Origin: Spirochaetia bacterium
GTDB taxonomy: Bacteria > Spirochaetota > Spirochaetia > DSM-16054 > Sediminispirochaetaceae
Length of the DNA stretch: 64,000 bases
Direction: 5' to 3'
Assembly: GCA_034520965.1 (NCBI GenBank)
Contig: JAXHMY010000003.1
Span: forward strand, 448,001 to 512,000
Below, piece after piece: positions 51,643-64,000 of this stretch. The notes under the pieces are model-generated. The model was given only the letters and a program-made list of their open reading frames with translations. It had not been told where the DNA came from and did not search any database. Position 1 is the first letter of the stretch, and every line of letters begins with the position of its first letter. The position numbers were made by a program, and so were the translations under genes.

Positions 51643-52848
51643 TTAAAAATACAGCTTAACTGAGACATAGTAGAGATCAGGATAAGCAGCAAACTCTGTA
51701 GACTGCGACTCACCTGCGCCTAGATAACAGCCGCCGCTTATGTACACATCCTTGGTAAAGTTATAATCGATGTTTAGCGAAAAATTGGCAGAAATATCGG
51801 TAATATTCATCAAGACCATACCCGAGACAGGAATGAGGGGAGTAAGCTGGTACGTTCCTCCGATGGCCGCATAGTGGCGTCCCTGCAGATATATCGACCC
51901 CTCGGTATATGCCGTATAATTGGAAGGATCATTTTTTCCGGGTGAATTGAAGTGGTACTCCGCATATCCGTACAATTTCGGTCCAAAATTATAATCTATA
52001 CCGGCAGAGACGGTCGTGTACTGCTGCTCTGCATCAGCACCGTCACTGCCAAGGGCCTCCGGAAGCACATAAGCCGCCTCAATCCAGCTACCGGCGCCGC
52101 CGATCGAACGGGTAACATCCCCGCCTATAAGCAGGTTTTCTTGGAAGTCCATTACCAATAACGACATATCCGCACCCGCCGCATACAGCCGTGTTCGAGC
52201 AAACAACGCGCTCTCTGCATAACTAAACTCATCACCTGCGACATAGCCAAGGTCGATTTCGCTCATCCCACCGACAGGTATTCGCAGCCGAACCGCATCC
52301 ACCCCGCCTTTTTCTTCTGTATTCAGTTTGGAAAAACTATAAGGGGCAATTATATCTGTAGGATTGATTACATGCGCACTTCCCCAGGATATGGCCTGCC
52401 GGCCCAGATAAAGATCTCCAAAGGGAAGATACACCGAGCCGTACATCCGATCAAGATTGTGGTACACGGCAAGGTTTTGATCGGCACTACTCTGCTCCGG
52501 ATACAGCTTCTCATCAAAATCATATGCCCGGTATCCTGTCTCGCCGCCTACAGAAAGAAACGAATCGGCCCCATTAGCTGTATTCATCTCTTGGGCCAAT
52601 ACCTGGGGAGACAGGGAATAGGCGGTTTCAACAATTATTTTGTCGGTTGGATACAGCCGCGCCTGCAGACGGAGGGTATTGTCCGAGAGCCCGTACTCAT
52701 CTGTTCCTAGGAAAAACGTCTTGAAAGAACCATGTAGGTTTCCCTCCAGCCCATAGGCGTTGGGAATCCCCGCCTGCCCTAGTAGCACAACTGCAAAGAT
52801 GAGGGCTAATGATAAAGGTTTCTTTAGGTTTTTACTCCTTAACTTCAT
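51643..52848 (-). CDS. Putative outer-membrane beta-barrel protein
   Basis: Signal peptide, LDRMY, GRQAISWG...NPTD, GVDAVR, alternating beta-strands, C-terminal VKLYF. Confidence 0.78.
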   Translation of the reverse strand: MKLRSKNLKKPLSLALIFAVVLLGQAGIPNAYGLEGNLHGSFKTFFLGTDEYGLSDNTLRLQARLYPTDKIIVETAYSLSPQVLAQEMNTANGADSFLSVGGETGYRAYDFDEKLYPEQSSADQNLAVYHNLDRMYGSVYLPFGDLYLGRQAISWGSAHVINPTDIIAPYSFSKLNTEEKGGVDAVRLRIPVGGMSEIDLGYVAGDEFSYAESALFARTRLYAAGADMSLLVMDFQENLLIGGDVTRSIGGAGSWIEAAYVLPEALGSDGADAEQQYTTVSAGIDYNFGPKLYGYAEYHFNSPGKNDPSNYTAYTEGSIYLQGRHYAAIGGTYQLTPLIPVSGMVLMNITDISANFSLNIDYNFTKDVYISGGCYLGAGESQSTEFAAYPDLYYVSVKLYF

Positions 52849-53530
52849 CGCGCACATTTTTTCCATCCTCCAAAATTACTACCCGACGGGCTTTATCAAC
52901 CACATGCTGATCATGGGTGGAAAATACAAAGGTCATTCCGGTGTCCTTATTCAGATCACGCATCATGTCGAGCAGGGCGGTACTGGTTCCTGAATCGAGG
53001 TTAGCAGTCGGCTCGTCGGCAAGAATCAGGGCCGGCTCACTGGCCATAGCCCGGGCTATCGCCACTCGCTGCTGCTGGCCGCCGGAGAGCCGGCTGGGAA
53101 ACCGCTCCTGGTAGCCCTGCATGCCCATCTTCGCGAGTATTTCTCCCACCCGGGCATGCCGCTCTTCCTTGGATTTGCCCTGCAGCATCATAATGTATTC
53201 GACATTCTCCTCTACATTCAGTACCGGAATAAGATTATACGCCTGGAAGATGAAACCGATATTGTCCCGCCTGAAATCTGAAAGCTCGTTTCCGCTCATC
53301 GAAGATATTTTTTTATTATTCAGCAGAACCGTCCCACCGTTTGGCGTATCTAAACCGGAGATTAGATTGAGGAAGGTTGTTTTTCCGGACCCGGAGGGGC
53401 CTACTATTGCGGTAAACTCTCCTTTCTGTATAGTTAAATCGATCCCGCGCACTGCATGCACTACTATGCTGTCGCTTCGGTAGTCCTTTTTCACATTCTC
53501 TGCAACGATTACATTTTCTACGGTATTCAT
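52832..53530 (-). CDS. ABC exporter ATPase (LolD/MacB-like)
   Basis: GPSGSGKTT, FIFQAYNLIPVL, LSGGQQQRVAIARA, ADEPTANLD. Confidence 0.93.
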   Translation of the reverse strand: MNTVENVIVAENVKKDYRSDSIVVHAVRGIDLTIQKGEFTAIVGPSGSGKTTFLNLISGLDTPNGGTVLLNNKKISSMSGNELSDFRRDNIGFIFQAYNLIPVLNVEENVEYIMMLQGKSKEERHARVGEILAKMGMQGYQERFPSRLSGGQQQRVAIARAMASEPALILADEPTANLDSGTSTALLDMMRDLNKDTGMTFVFSTHDQHVVDKARRVVILEDGKNVRDEVKE

Positions 53531-53552
53531 ACTTCTCCTCCTAAGAACGCCG

Positions 53553-54794
53553 CTAGAGGGTCTTCTGCAGCGCATGGGTAATTGACATTCTACCTGCGTA
53601 TCTAGCCGGATACAGACTGACGAGCACAGTAAAAAGAAAAATCAGCAGAGGGTGCAGGATGAACTGCCGCAGTCTGAAAACGGTATTAATTTCTTCGGTA
53701 AAGGTCGCACCGGCGAATTCCACTCCGGTAAGGTTCATTCCGTGAATTGAACCGATATAAATAATTAGAGTACCCAATAACACACCGATCACCGACGAGT
53801 ACAGCGCCAGAGAGGCCGCTTCGAATACGATCAATTTCCGTAAACTGGCCGCCCTGGTTCCAACCGCCCGCAACACACCGAACTCGAAAATGCGTTCATA
53901 CAGAGACATAAACAGGGTGTTGATGATGCCGAAGATTATCACTGCAAAAACGATAATCATGGTGATACCGACGGAAAAATCGGTGAGGTCCAGCATCTTT
54001 TTCATCTGGGGAACCAGTTGCGGCCAAGTCTCGGCTTTGTTGCCGCCCTTCGAGTAGGCCGCCGCAAACTCATCACTGTGTTGGGATGCATATTGTACGT
54101 CTTTGAAACTCACTGCGATTTCATGCACCCGACTTCCGAGCCCTAACATCTCCTGAGCTTGTGAAATTGGAATAAAGGCAGCTGAGGTATCCATCTCGTC
54201 AATTTGCATTGTATAGATACCGGCTACCCGAAACATATTTTGTGCCAGGTCATCGGTTTTTACATTCGTAGCAGAGAGAACTATCCGATCGCCCACTTTC
54301 ACTTCAAGCCGTTCGGCCAACTTGCTGCCAATCAGCACACCGCCGAACTGCTCGCCGCCGTCCTCCTGCGGGTTGAAATAGGAGCCTTCCCGAATGGCCT
54401 CATCTATTTTGGAAATTGAACGCTCGCGGATGGTATCGATTCCATAGATTAGTATCGAATTGATGTCCGATGGCGAAGAGATGGTGCCGAAACCGGCAGT
54501 TCGTTCGGTGATACTTTCAACCGCCTCGTCTTGCTGCAGGCCGGATAACAGTTGTTTACGATTTTCAATAGTTTTTTTTGCGTCATAAGAATCCTGGAAA
54601 CCCTCGTAATGAATCTGAGCATCCCCAATAAACGAGGAGGTTACCGATTGTATCATGTTCTCTTTCATACCAACCACGATTGCATCGGTGAACATAATCG
54701 AGGCCAATCCTATTCCAATAATCAGACCAGTCAGAAAGGTACGTTTTCTATTGCGAAATATATTCCGCCAGGCCATTTTCAGGTAAAACTTCAT
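53553..54794 (-). CDS. ABC exporter permease (LolC/E, FtsX-like)
   Basis: AWRNIFRNRKRT, periplasmic MacB-type domain, INTLFMSLYER..EFGVLRAVG, YPA. Confidence 0.9.
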   Translation of the reverse strand: MKFYLKMAWRNIFRNRKRTFLTGLIIGIGLASIMFTDAIVVGMKENMIQSVTSSFIGDAQIHYEGFQDSYDAKKTIENRKQLLSGLQQDEAVESITERTAGFGTISSPSDINSILIYGIDTIRERSISKIDEAIREGSYFNPQEDGGEQFGGVLIGSKLAERLEVKVGDRIVLSATNVKTDDLAQNMFRVAGIYTMQIDEMDTSAAFIPISQAQEMLGLGSRVHEIAVSFKDVQYASQHSDEFAAAYSKGGNKAETWPQLVPQMKKMLDLTDFSVGITMIIVFAVIIFGIINTLFMSLYERIFEFGVLRAVGTRAASLRKLIVFEAASLALYSSVIGVLLGTLIIYIGSIHGMNLTGVEFAGATFTEEINTVFRLRQFILHPLLIFLFTVLVSLYPARYAGRMSITHALQKTL

Positions 54795-54805
54795 TCCTTT
54801 CCCCC

Positions 54806-56017
54806 TTAGAATACCCGCATCGTTTTGGCCGGTTCAGTTCGCGCCGCTTTTATCGCCGGGAACAGACACACTGCCAAAGAGGTCACCACTACGGTGATCG
54901 CCGGCAGGAAGAAACTGCGGAAGTTTACCTCACCTTTCATATACTCGAGTTGTACCCCGCCCCAGTTTATAGGCGAACCCAAATGCAATCCATGTTCAGC
55001 CATATACAAATTCAGGAAGAAAGTGAGTATGGATCCAATAACGATCGAGAGCAGAGCCAGCATACCTGTCTCGGCAACCACCATCTTTACAATACTCCCA
55101 GGGCGGGTGCCAATTGCCTTAAGTACGCCGTACTCTTTCTGTCGTTCCATTACCGACATGAGAATGGTGTTGAGAATGGTAATAGCCACCACCAGGATTA
55201 CTACTACTAGAGAAATATACATACCATTTTTATCCGCCTGCATAGCGCGGTAGAACTCTTTGGCAAACTCCTGCCAGGGAGCCACACTCAACTCGGTATC
55301 GGAAAACTCGCTCTGCAGTGCCTGGGTTACGCTCTCCACCTGCCGCAGATCATGCAGGGTAACCGCAATTTCATGGGCCTGATTGTACAGCACCAGCAGC
55401 TCACGAGCATCCGCAATCTGCATGTAAAACCCGCTGCGGTTGAGCCGCGGATCGCCCATATCGAACAAGCCTACCACTTTATACAGATTCTCTGCTATCG
55501 AGCCGTCAGCTGCCTGAGAGAAGATGGCTATTTCATCGCCCACTCCGCCGTTCAATATTTTGGCCAGCTCTTTTCCGATCAGGACCTCACCGCTGTTCTC
55601 GTAGTAGCGCCCCTCGACGACTTTGTTCGAAAATGCGGTGGTCGCATCTTCGCGCTGCGGGTCAACCCCGATTATCTCAGCACCGGCAGTCTTCTCGGTG
55701 ATAGAGACAAGCCCGGCTGAATAGATTCGCGGCGCCCACGATTCCACGTTCTCGTACTCGTCTATACGCCTGCCGACCTCCTCGGGATTTCCGATGGTCT
55801 TATACAAACTCGGTTTGTCCAAATAGCCTTCCCGGTGCACCTGTATATGCCCCAGTCGGTTGCGGGTAAACTTGTCGATCATATGGTTGTAGGTCCCATC
55901 TGCCCATCCAATGAAAAAGCCCGCCAGTACGAAACCGACCAGCATACTCAAGCCGGTATATATGGTGCGACGCTTTTGCCTCATCAGATTCCGCAGTGCC
56001 AATTTAAGAGTCAGCAT
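54806..56017 (-). CDS. ABC exporter permease (LolC/E, FtsX-like)
   Basis: ALRNLMRQKRRT, GHIQ, NTILMSVMERQKEYGVLKAIG, FPAIKAAR..P. Confidence 0.9.
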   Translation of the reverse strand: MLTLKLALRNLMRQKRRTIYTGLSMLVGFVLAGFFIGWADGTYNHMIDKFTRNRLGHIQVHREGYLDKPSLYKTIGNPEEVGRRIDEYENVESWAPRIYSAGLVSITEKTAGAEIIGVDPQREDATTAFSNKVVEGRYYENSGEVLIGKELAKILNGGVGDEIAIFSQAADGSIAENLYKVVGLFDMGDPRLNRSGFYMQIADARELLVLYNQAHEIAVTLHDLRQVESVTQALQSEFSDTELSVAPWQEFAKEFYRAMQADKNGMYISLVVVILVVAITILNTILMSVMERQKEYGVLKAIGTRPGSIVKMVVAETGMLALLSIVIGSILTFFLNLYMAEHGLHLGSPINWGGVQLEYMKGEVNFRSFFLPAITVVVTSLAVCLFPAIKAARTEPAKTMRVF

Positions 56018-56029
56018 ACCAGCGCCTCC

Positions 56030-56809
56030 TTACCTGCGAAAAGTCCTTAGATGCCGCAAAGTAAAAATGCGGCGTTCAATTTGGACATCAAACTCTGCTT
56101 CGATATAGCGCAGTACTGTTTTATGCCCATCTTTGGTTTGGGGGACAAGTTCCATAATCGAGGGCAGCTGTGTGCCGTCAAAGTTTTCCACTTCCTTGAA
56201 GTACATAATCCGCATCAGCTCATCATGCTCATCATAATACTCCTCCCATTTCGGAATCAGGGTCTGCACATCAACGGCAACCAGTACGTGGCCCCATACA
56301 ATCGGTTTTCCGGGCTTCGGTATGCACTTCAGATAGATCAGTCCCTTTTTTTCTTCATCCGGACGTATATATTCAAAGGTATAATCTTCTGTAAAAGTAA
56401 ATTCCTTCACCAGGTCATTATTCTTGAAATCCGAGCCCATCCACGAGCTCATCATCATCGAAGGTGGAATCTTCATCACCTTGTTGGTCTTGGGAAGATA
56501 GTTCCACATTTCATTATCTATACGCAGGGTTCCCATGCCCCGTTCTTTTTGGGGCTGCAAAATACGAATAAACGTCTTATCCATACCCTCGGACCATGCT
56601 TCAAGCTTAAGAGTGCGACTCCAGTGGGGAGTATGAATCTCCATTTCCATTAGGGTGTGGCTTGAATCATGACGATAGAGTCGATCAATTGCATTCACCA
56701 CTTGCTCGATATCCGGTCGCTGCTCAGCAGCGGATTGTGCCAAAAGCGGCGAAAACCCAACTAAAAAGACAATGAGAACTAATCCACAGTGTTTCAGCTG
56801 AAAATTCAT
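56030..56809 (-). CDS. Outer-membrane lipoprotein-sorting protein (LolA-like)
   Basis: Signal peptide, P.KERG...L, MWNYLP, SWMGSDF..DL, IFTLRHL. Confidence 0.85.
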   Translation of the reverse strand: MNFQLKHCGLVLIVFLVGFSPLLAQSAAEQRPDIEQVVNAIDRLYRHDSSHTLMEMEIHTPHWSRTLKLEAWSEGMDKTFIRILQPQKERGMGTLRIDNEMWNYLPKTNKVMKIPPSMMMSSWMGSDFKNNDLVKEFTFTEDYTFEYIRPDEEKKGLIYLKCIPKPGKPIVWGHVLVAVDVQTLIPKWEEYYDEHDELMRIMYFKEVENFDGTQLPSIMELVPQTKDGHKTVLRYIEAEFDVQIERRIFTLRHLRTFRR

Positions 56810-57444
56810 TATTGCCCCTCCTTCTCTTTCCTCACTTCCAGTCCATCAATAATGAGTTGGAGCTGGTTTTCTGTACTTTGAAAAAAATATTTTTTATCCA
56901 TACCTTCTATAAACAAAATTGACAAGAAATTAAATGCAACTATCGAGTATATGGTGGTAGCCACTGTTCTCGGGTGCGCACTCTGCTGAATGAGTCCGCG
57001 CTTCTGGAGTTTGTCGAGAATGGTTTGTAGTCCATCAATGGCCTCCATATCCATACTTGCACCACGGGCCATAAATTTCTTAGAAGAAAACACCGCCATA
57101 AACACTTCGCCCCAGTCATCCATTCCCATTGCGAGCATATCCTGAAAAATTGGCCATAAGATACCTTTTAATATGGTAAAAAGATCTTCCTCCTTGCAGA
57201 CAAGTCGAACAATACGGCGTGTGTGGGTATAACTGATTTCCTTCCACTTCTCTTCCATGATCTCCATATAGAGTTCGGATTTCGAGGCGTAGTAGTTATA
57301 GAGTGTCCCTACTGCGAGTTCAGCCCGCTTGGATATATCACGCATGTGGGTGCTGTTAAAACCCTTTTCGGATAGTAGCGCAATGGCTGCGTCATAAATC
57401 CTATCGCGGCGCCGCTGTTTTTTTGTTTCCCTAAATCCCGGCAT
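56809..57444 (-). CDS. TetR/AcrR-family regulator
   Basis: RETKK, AAI.L.SEKGF..T...DIS.RA.LAVGTLYNYY.SK. Confidence 0.93.
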   Translation of the reverse strand: MPGFRETKKQRRRDRIYDAAIALLSEKGFNSTHMRDISKRAELAVGTLYNYYASKSELYMEIMEEKWKEISYTHTRRIVRLVCKEEDLFTILKGILWPIFQDMLAMGMDDWGEVFMAVFSSKKFMARGASMDMEAIDGLQTILDKLQKRGLIQQSAHPRTVATTIYSIVAFNFLSILFIEGMDKKYFFQSTENQLQLIIDGLEVRKEKEGQ

Positions 57445-57461
57445 TGTTGAACCTCTTCATT

Positions 57462-57513
57462 TATGAACGCGTTCATATTTAAATAGAATAACTCCACTTT
57501 TTAAATTTATCAA
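57462..57513 (-). promoter_or_regulatory. tetR promoter and candidate TetR operator
   Basis: TTGATA-17-TATTCT followed by the perfect 16-bp palindrome TATGAACGCGTTCATA (57462..57477). Confidence 0.65.
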
Positions 57514-57626
57514 GTCAGAGGATCTCAAATTTTTTCGATTTTTGTAAGGTCGAGTCTTTTTACTGGTATTTCTAGCTATAACAGGAAAAAAAATACTTTT
57601 CAGGATGGGTAAATAGCGATAGTATT

Positions 57627-57770
57627 AAGAAAATAGCCGGATACGGCTATTTTCATCGTTTCGGTTGCCGCACAGCGGCATACGAAACTTTAATTAAAGG
57701 GAAGGTGTCTCCAACTTGGATCCTAAACTCGGTAAGGGGTTGGATCGGTTGGAAGAAGCACCTTCCCTTC
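57627..57770 (-). ncRNA. Candidate structured small RNA (~140 nt)
   Basis: Promoter directly upstream; three consecutive hairpins; the last is AAAATAGCCG-TATC-CGGCTATTTT-CTT; no ORF. Confidence 0.5.
57650..57691 (-). repeat. 42-bp REP-like hairpin repeat, copy 2
   Basis: 38/42 identity to 7833..7874; the differences leave both stems intact. Confidence 0.75.
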
Positions 57771-57774
57771 TTTA

Positions 57775-57803
57775 ACTATAGTAGCCGCAGGGTCGGGAGT
57801 CAA
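57775..57803 (-). promoter_or_regulatory. Sigma70-type promoter of the candidate sRNA
   Basis: TTGACT-17 nt-TATAGT with an AT-rich upstream tract. Confidence 0.6.
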
Positions 57804-57862
57804 AATTTTTGCAAAAAAAATGTATATAAACTAAAGCCTACTGCGGGCCCTACTGCTCATTA

Positions 57863-58015
57863 TCAAGCATCTTTACTACGGTTAAACCCCTCACGTATTG
57901 TACTGATATCCTCTGAAAAACTTTGCATTAACTCGGTAAACTTTTGTATGTAAGCTGCTACATCCTCAACGGCACGAGCCGCTTCTATCGAGGCATTTAT
58001 GGCCTTTTCGCTCAT
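57863..58015 (-). pseudogene. 50-codon ORF carrying an MCP signalling-tip motif (remnant or microprotein)
   Basis: [22 protein letters not shown]...; [10 protein letters not shown] is the chemoreceptor hairpin-tip signature. Confidence 0.4.
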
Positions 58016-58199
58016 TTCAAATGAAAAAAGCCTCCCTTCGGGCTCGCTGCGTTCCTCGCACTTGGTGCTGCGGTACGCAGCTGGGGTTCCCAGGCTATTT
58101 CTTTTCTCCTTCAAATGAAAAAAGCCTCCCTTCGGGCTCGCTGCGTTCCTCGACCACCTCGTGGTCTGCGGTACGCAGCTGGGGTCCCCAGGCTTTTTT
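58016..58199 (-). repeat. Tandem duplicated multi-branched element (period 94 bp) downstream of 5S; probable tandem rrn terminators
   Basis: Copies start at 58016 and 58110 and share ttcaaatgaaaaaagcctcccttcgggctcgctgcgttcctcg and tgcggtacgcagctgggg; on the minus strand each ends AGGC-TTTTTT. Confidence 0.8.
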
Positions 58200-58210
58200 A
58201 AAATAAAAAA

Positions 58211-58322
<112 letters not shown>

Positions 58323-58415
58323 TAAATAATTTTCTTCTCGCTCAGTGTTCCCGCCGCCGATCTGTCGACCGGCAGCCTTTCCCACTCAGCGAGAAGGGAA
58401 GGATTACTGAAAAAT

Positions 58416-61403
<2,988 letters not shown>

Positions 61404-61536
61404 TTTTCCTGTAATCCTTCTCTATGTCACTCCGGTCTACACATCTTGTGCGCCGCACTTTTCATGCGGCCGTGACCGGCGATCTTTTGTAAAAGAACGT
61501 ATCTATTACTGATACTTTTTTAAGTATCATTTGCTA

Positions 61537-61610
61537 TGGAGGCAAGGGGACTCGAACCCCTGACCCTCGGCTTGCAAAGCCGATGCTCTAGCCAGCTGAG
61601 CTATGCCCCC
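61537..61610 (-). tRNA. tRNA-Ala(TGC), CCA not encoded
   Basis: GGGGGCATAGCTCAGCTGGCTAGAGCATCGGCTTTGCAAGCCGAGGGTCAGGGGTTCGAGTCCCCTTGCCTCCA; G3:U70 pair. Confidence 0.97.
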
Positions 61611-61724
61611 AATGCTGCATGTACAGATTAAAATAGGGAAGGAGAGATATTTAAGAGCAGAGAGGCCTAACACGGCACATTTTGCGAGCGCAGCTGACGT
61701 AGCCGCCGTCTGACCTTTCTTAGC

Positions 61725-63270
<1,546 letters not shown>

Positions 63271-63462
63271 ATATCTTCAACGCCCGAAGGCGCTAAAGTC
63301 TTATTTAATTCTCTTTCAAACTCGCTCCTCTCCCCCTCGCCTTACAGCTCGGCTTCGAGTGGCGGTTTGCACCCTGCTCTCTTTTTCTCTCCCCTTCCCT
63401 ATTTCATCTGTAAAAGAACTTCTCTTCGGCCGCTGTACCTCAGTACCGCCGACCGTGAAAGA

Positions 63463-63605
63463 TTTATAACAATTTAAGGCTATCTTGTCAACAGCCTTTT
63501 GCTGTTTTGTTAACGATTTAAGAAGACTCTCAAACACACCCGAATGTTTCAGACATGTGCTCAATTGCTGAGAGGTAATGTACCGGTATTACCCAGAATT
63601 GTCAA
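63463..63605 (-). promoter_or_regulatory. Tandem rrn promoters P1 and P2
   Basis: TTGACA-17-TACATT (63605..63577) and TTGACA-17-TATAAA (63491..63463); boxA-like GTTCTTTTACA in the leader (~63409-63419) and in the spacer (~61489-61499). Confidence 0.75.
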
Positions 63606-63610
63606 CCGGT

Positions 63611-63940
63611 TCAAAGAGATTTTTTAGAGTCTTCGGTATGCAGAGCCGCCCGCTTCTCGGCAAGCATTTCCTTAGCAGTTTCAATCTCCTCCAGCAGTTC
63701 TTTCACACCGCTTGTGCGGGCAGTTACGGTGGACTGTTCGCCTCCCTTCAGGACCTCATACACGCGCTCTCCGAGCTTTTTCACATCGTCTTGTACTTTG
63801 GCCTCTAACTGCCGAACTTCAAGAGAGAGCACCCCATGTTCGCCCAACTCACGGGCACGGCTGCCGGCTTTTCCCAACAAAGATTTCGAAGAATCGAGAC
63901 CTTGAGAAAGCCCTTCTTCAAGCTTCTCTCTCCAGCTCAT
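63611..63940 (-). CDS. Hypothetical coiled-coil protein (109 aa)
   Basis: GGAGG RBS; amphipathic helical sequence. Confidence 0.7.
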   Translation of the reverse strand: MSWREKLEEGLSQGLDSSKSLLGKAGSRARELGEHGVLSLEVRQLEAKVQDDVKKLGERVYEVLKGGEQSTVTARTSGVKELLEEIETAKEMLAEKRAALHTEDSKKSL

Positions 63941-64000
63941 AACACCCTCCAGATTAATTGATCTATTTTTAATGTATAAACGAACCCATAAAAAAGCAAT

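Noticed and set aside
57690..57770. SRP RNA, 6S RNA or tRNA identity for the long hairpin
   Set aside because: No SRP helix-8 CAGG/GNRA/AGCA motif, no cloverleaf or TTCGA loop, and too short for 6S with no central bubble.
58016..58199. Possible mini-CRISPR (repeat, variable part, repeat)
   Set aside because: Only two units of about 80 nt, the variable part is a short hairpin of 11-15 nt, and there are no cas genes.

Overview
Core chromosomal region of a free-living spirochaete (Spirochaetota, Spirochaetaceae-like; inferred from the 16S sequence, the tRNA-Ala-only spacer and cheX). Left to right it holds: guaA, purB, lnt; gcvH-gcvPA-gcvPB; an alanine cluster (alr, ald, AGCS symporter); hcpR-hcp; a minus-strand operon cheY-cheX-[c-type-haem sensor, CheA-like kinase without CheW domain]-cytochrome P460 lipoprotein; a divergent chemosensory operon (MCP, REC-REC-HD-GYP, cheW, atypical MCP, cheY, STAS, cheA, cheB); gatCAB-aspS, asnA, arcC; a cobalamin-riboswitch ABC importer; a CosR/EctR-like regulator; two paralogous lipoproteins next to a TetR-controlled LolA-like/ABC/beta-barrel export operon; and a complete rRNA operon (16S, tRNA-Ala, 23S, 5S) on the minus strand. 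Many genes carry 1-nt indels, mostly in homopolymers, which look like long-read errors, so gene models were repaired by eye. The best candidates for undescribed biology are (1) the haem-c kinase/CheX/CheY/P460 operon beside hcp, a possible NO or hydroxylamine sensing module; (2) a CheA with tandem MshEN-like c-di-GMP motifs co-encoded with an HD-GYP phosphodiesterase; (3) an MCP with CheZ-like motifs; and (4) a promoter- and terminator-bounded structured RNA of about 140 nt. No CRISPR array, transposase or prophage was seen.
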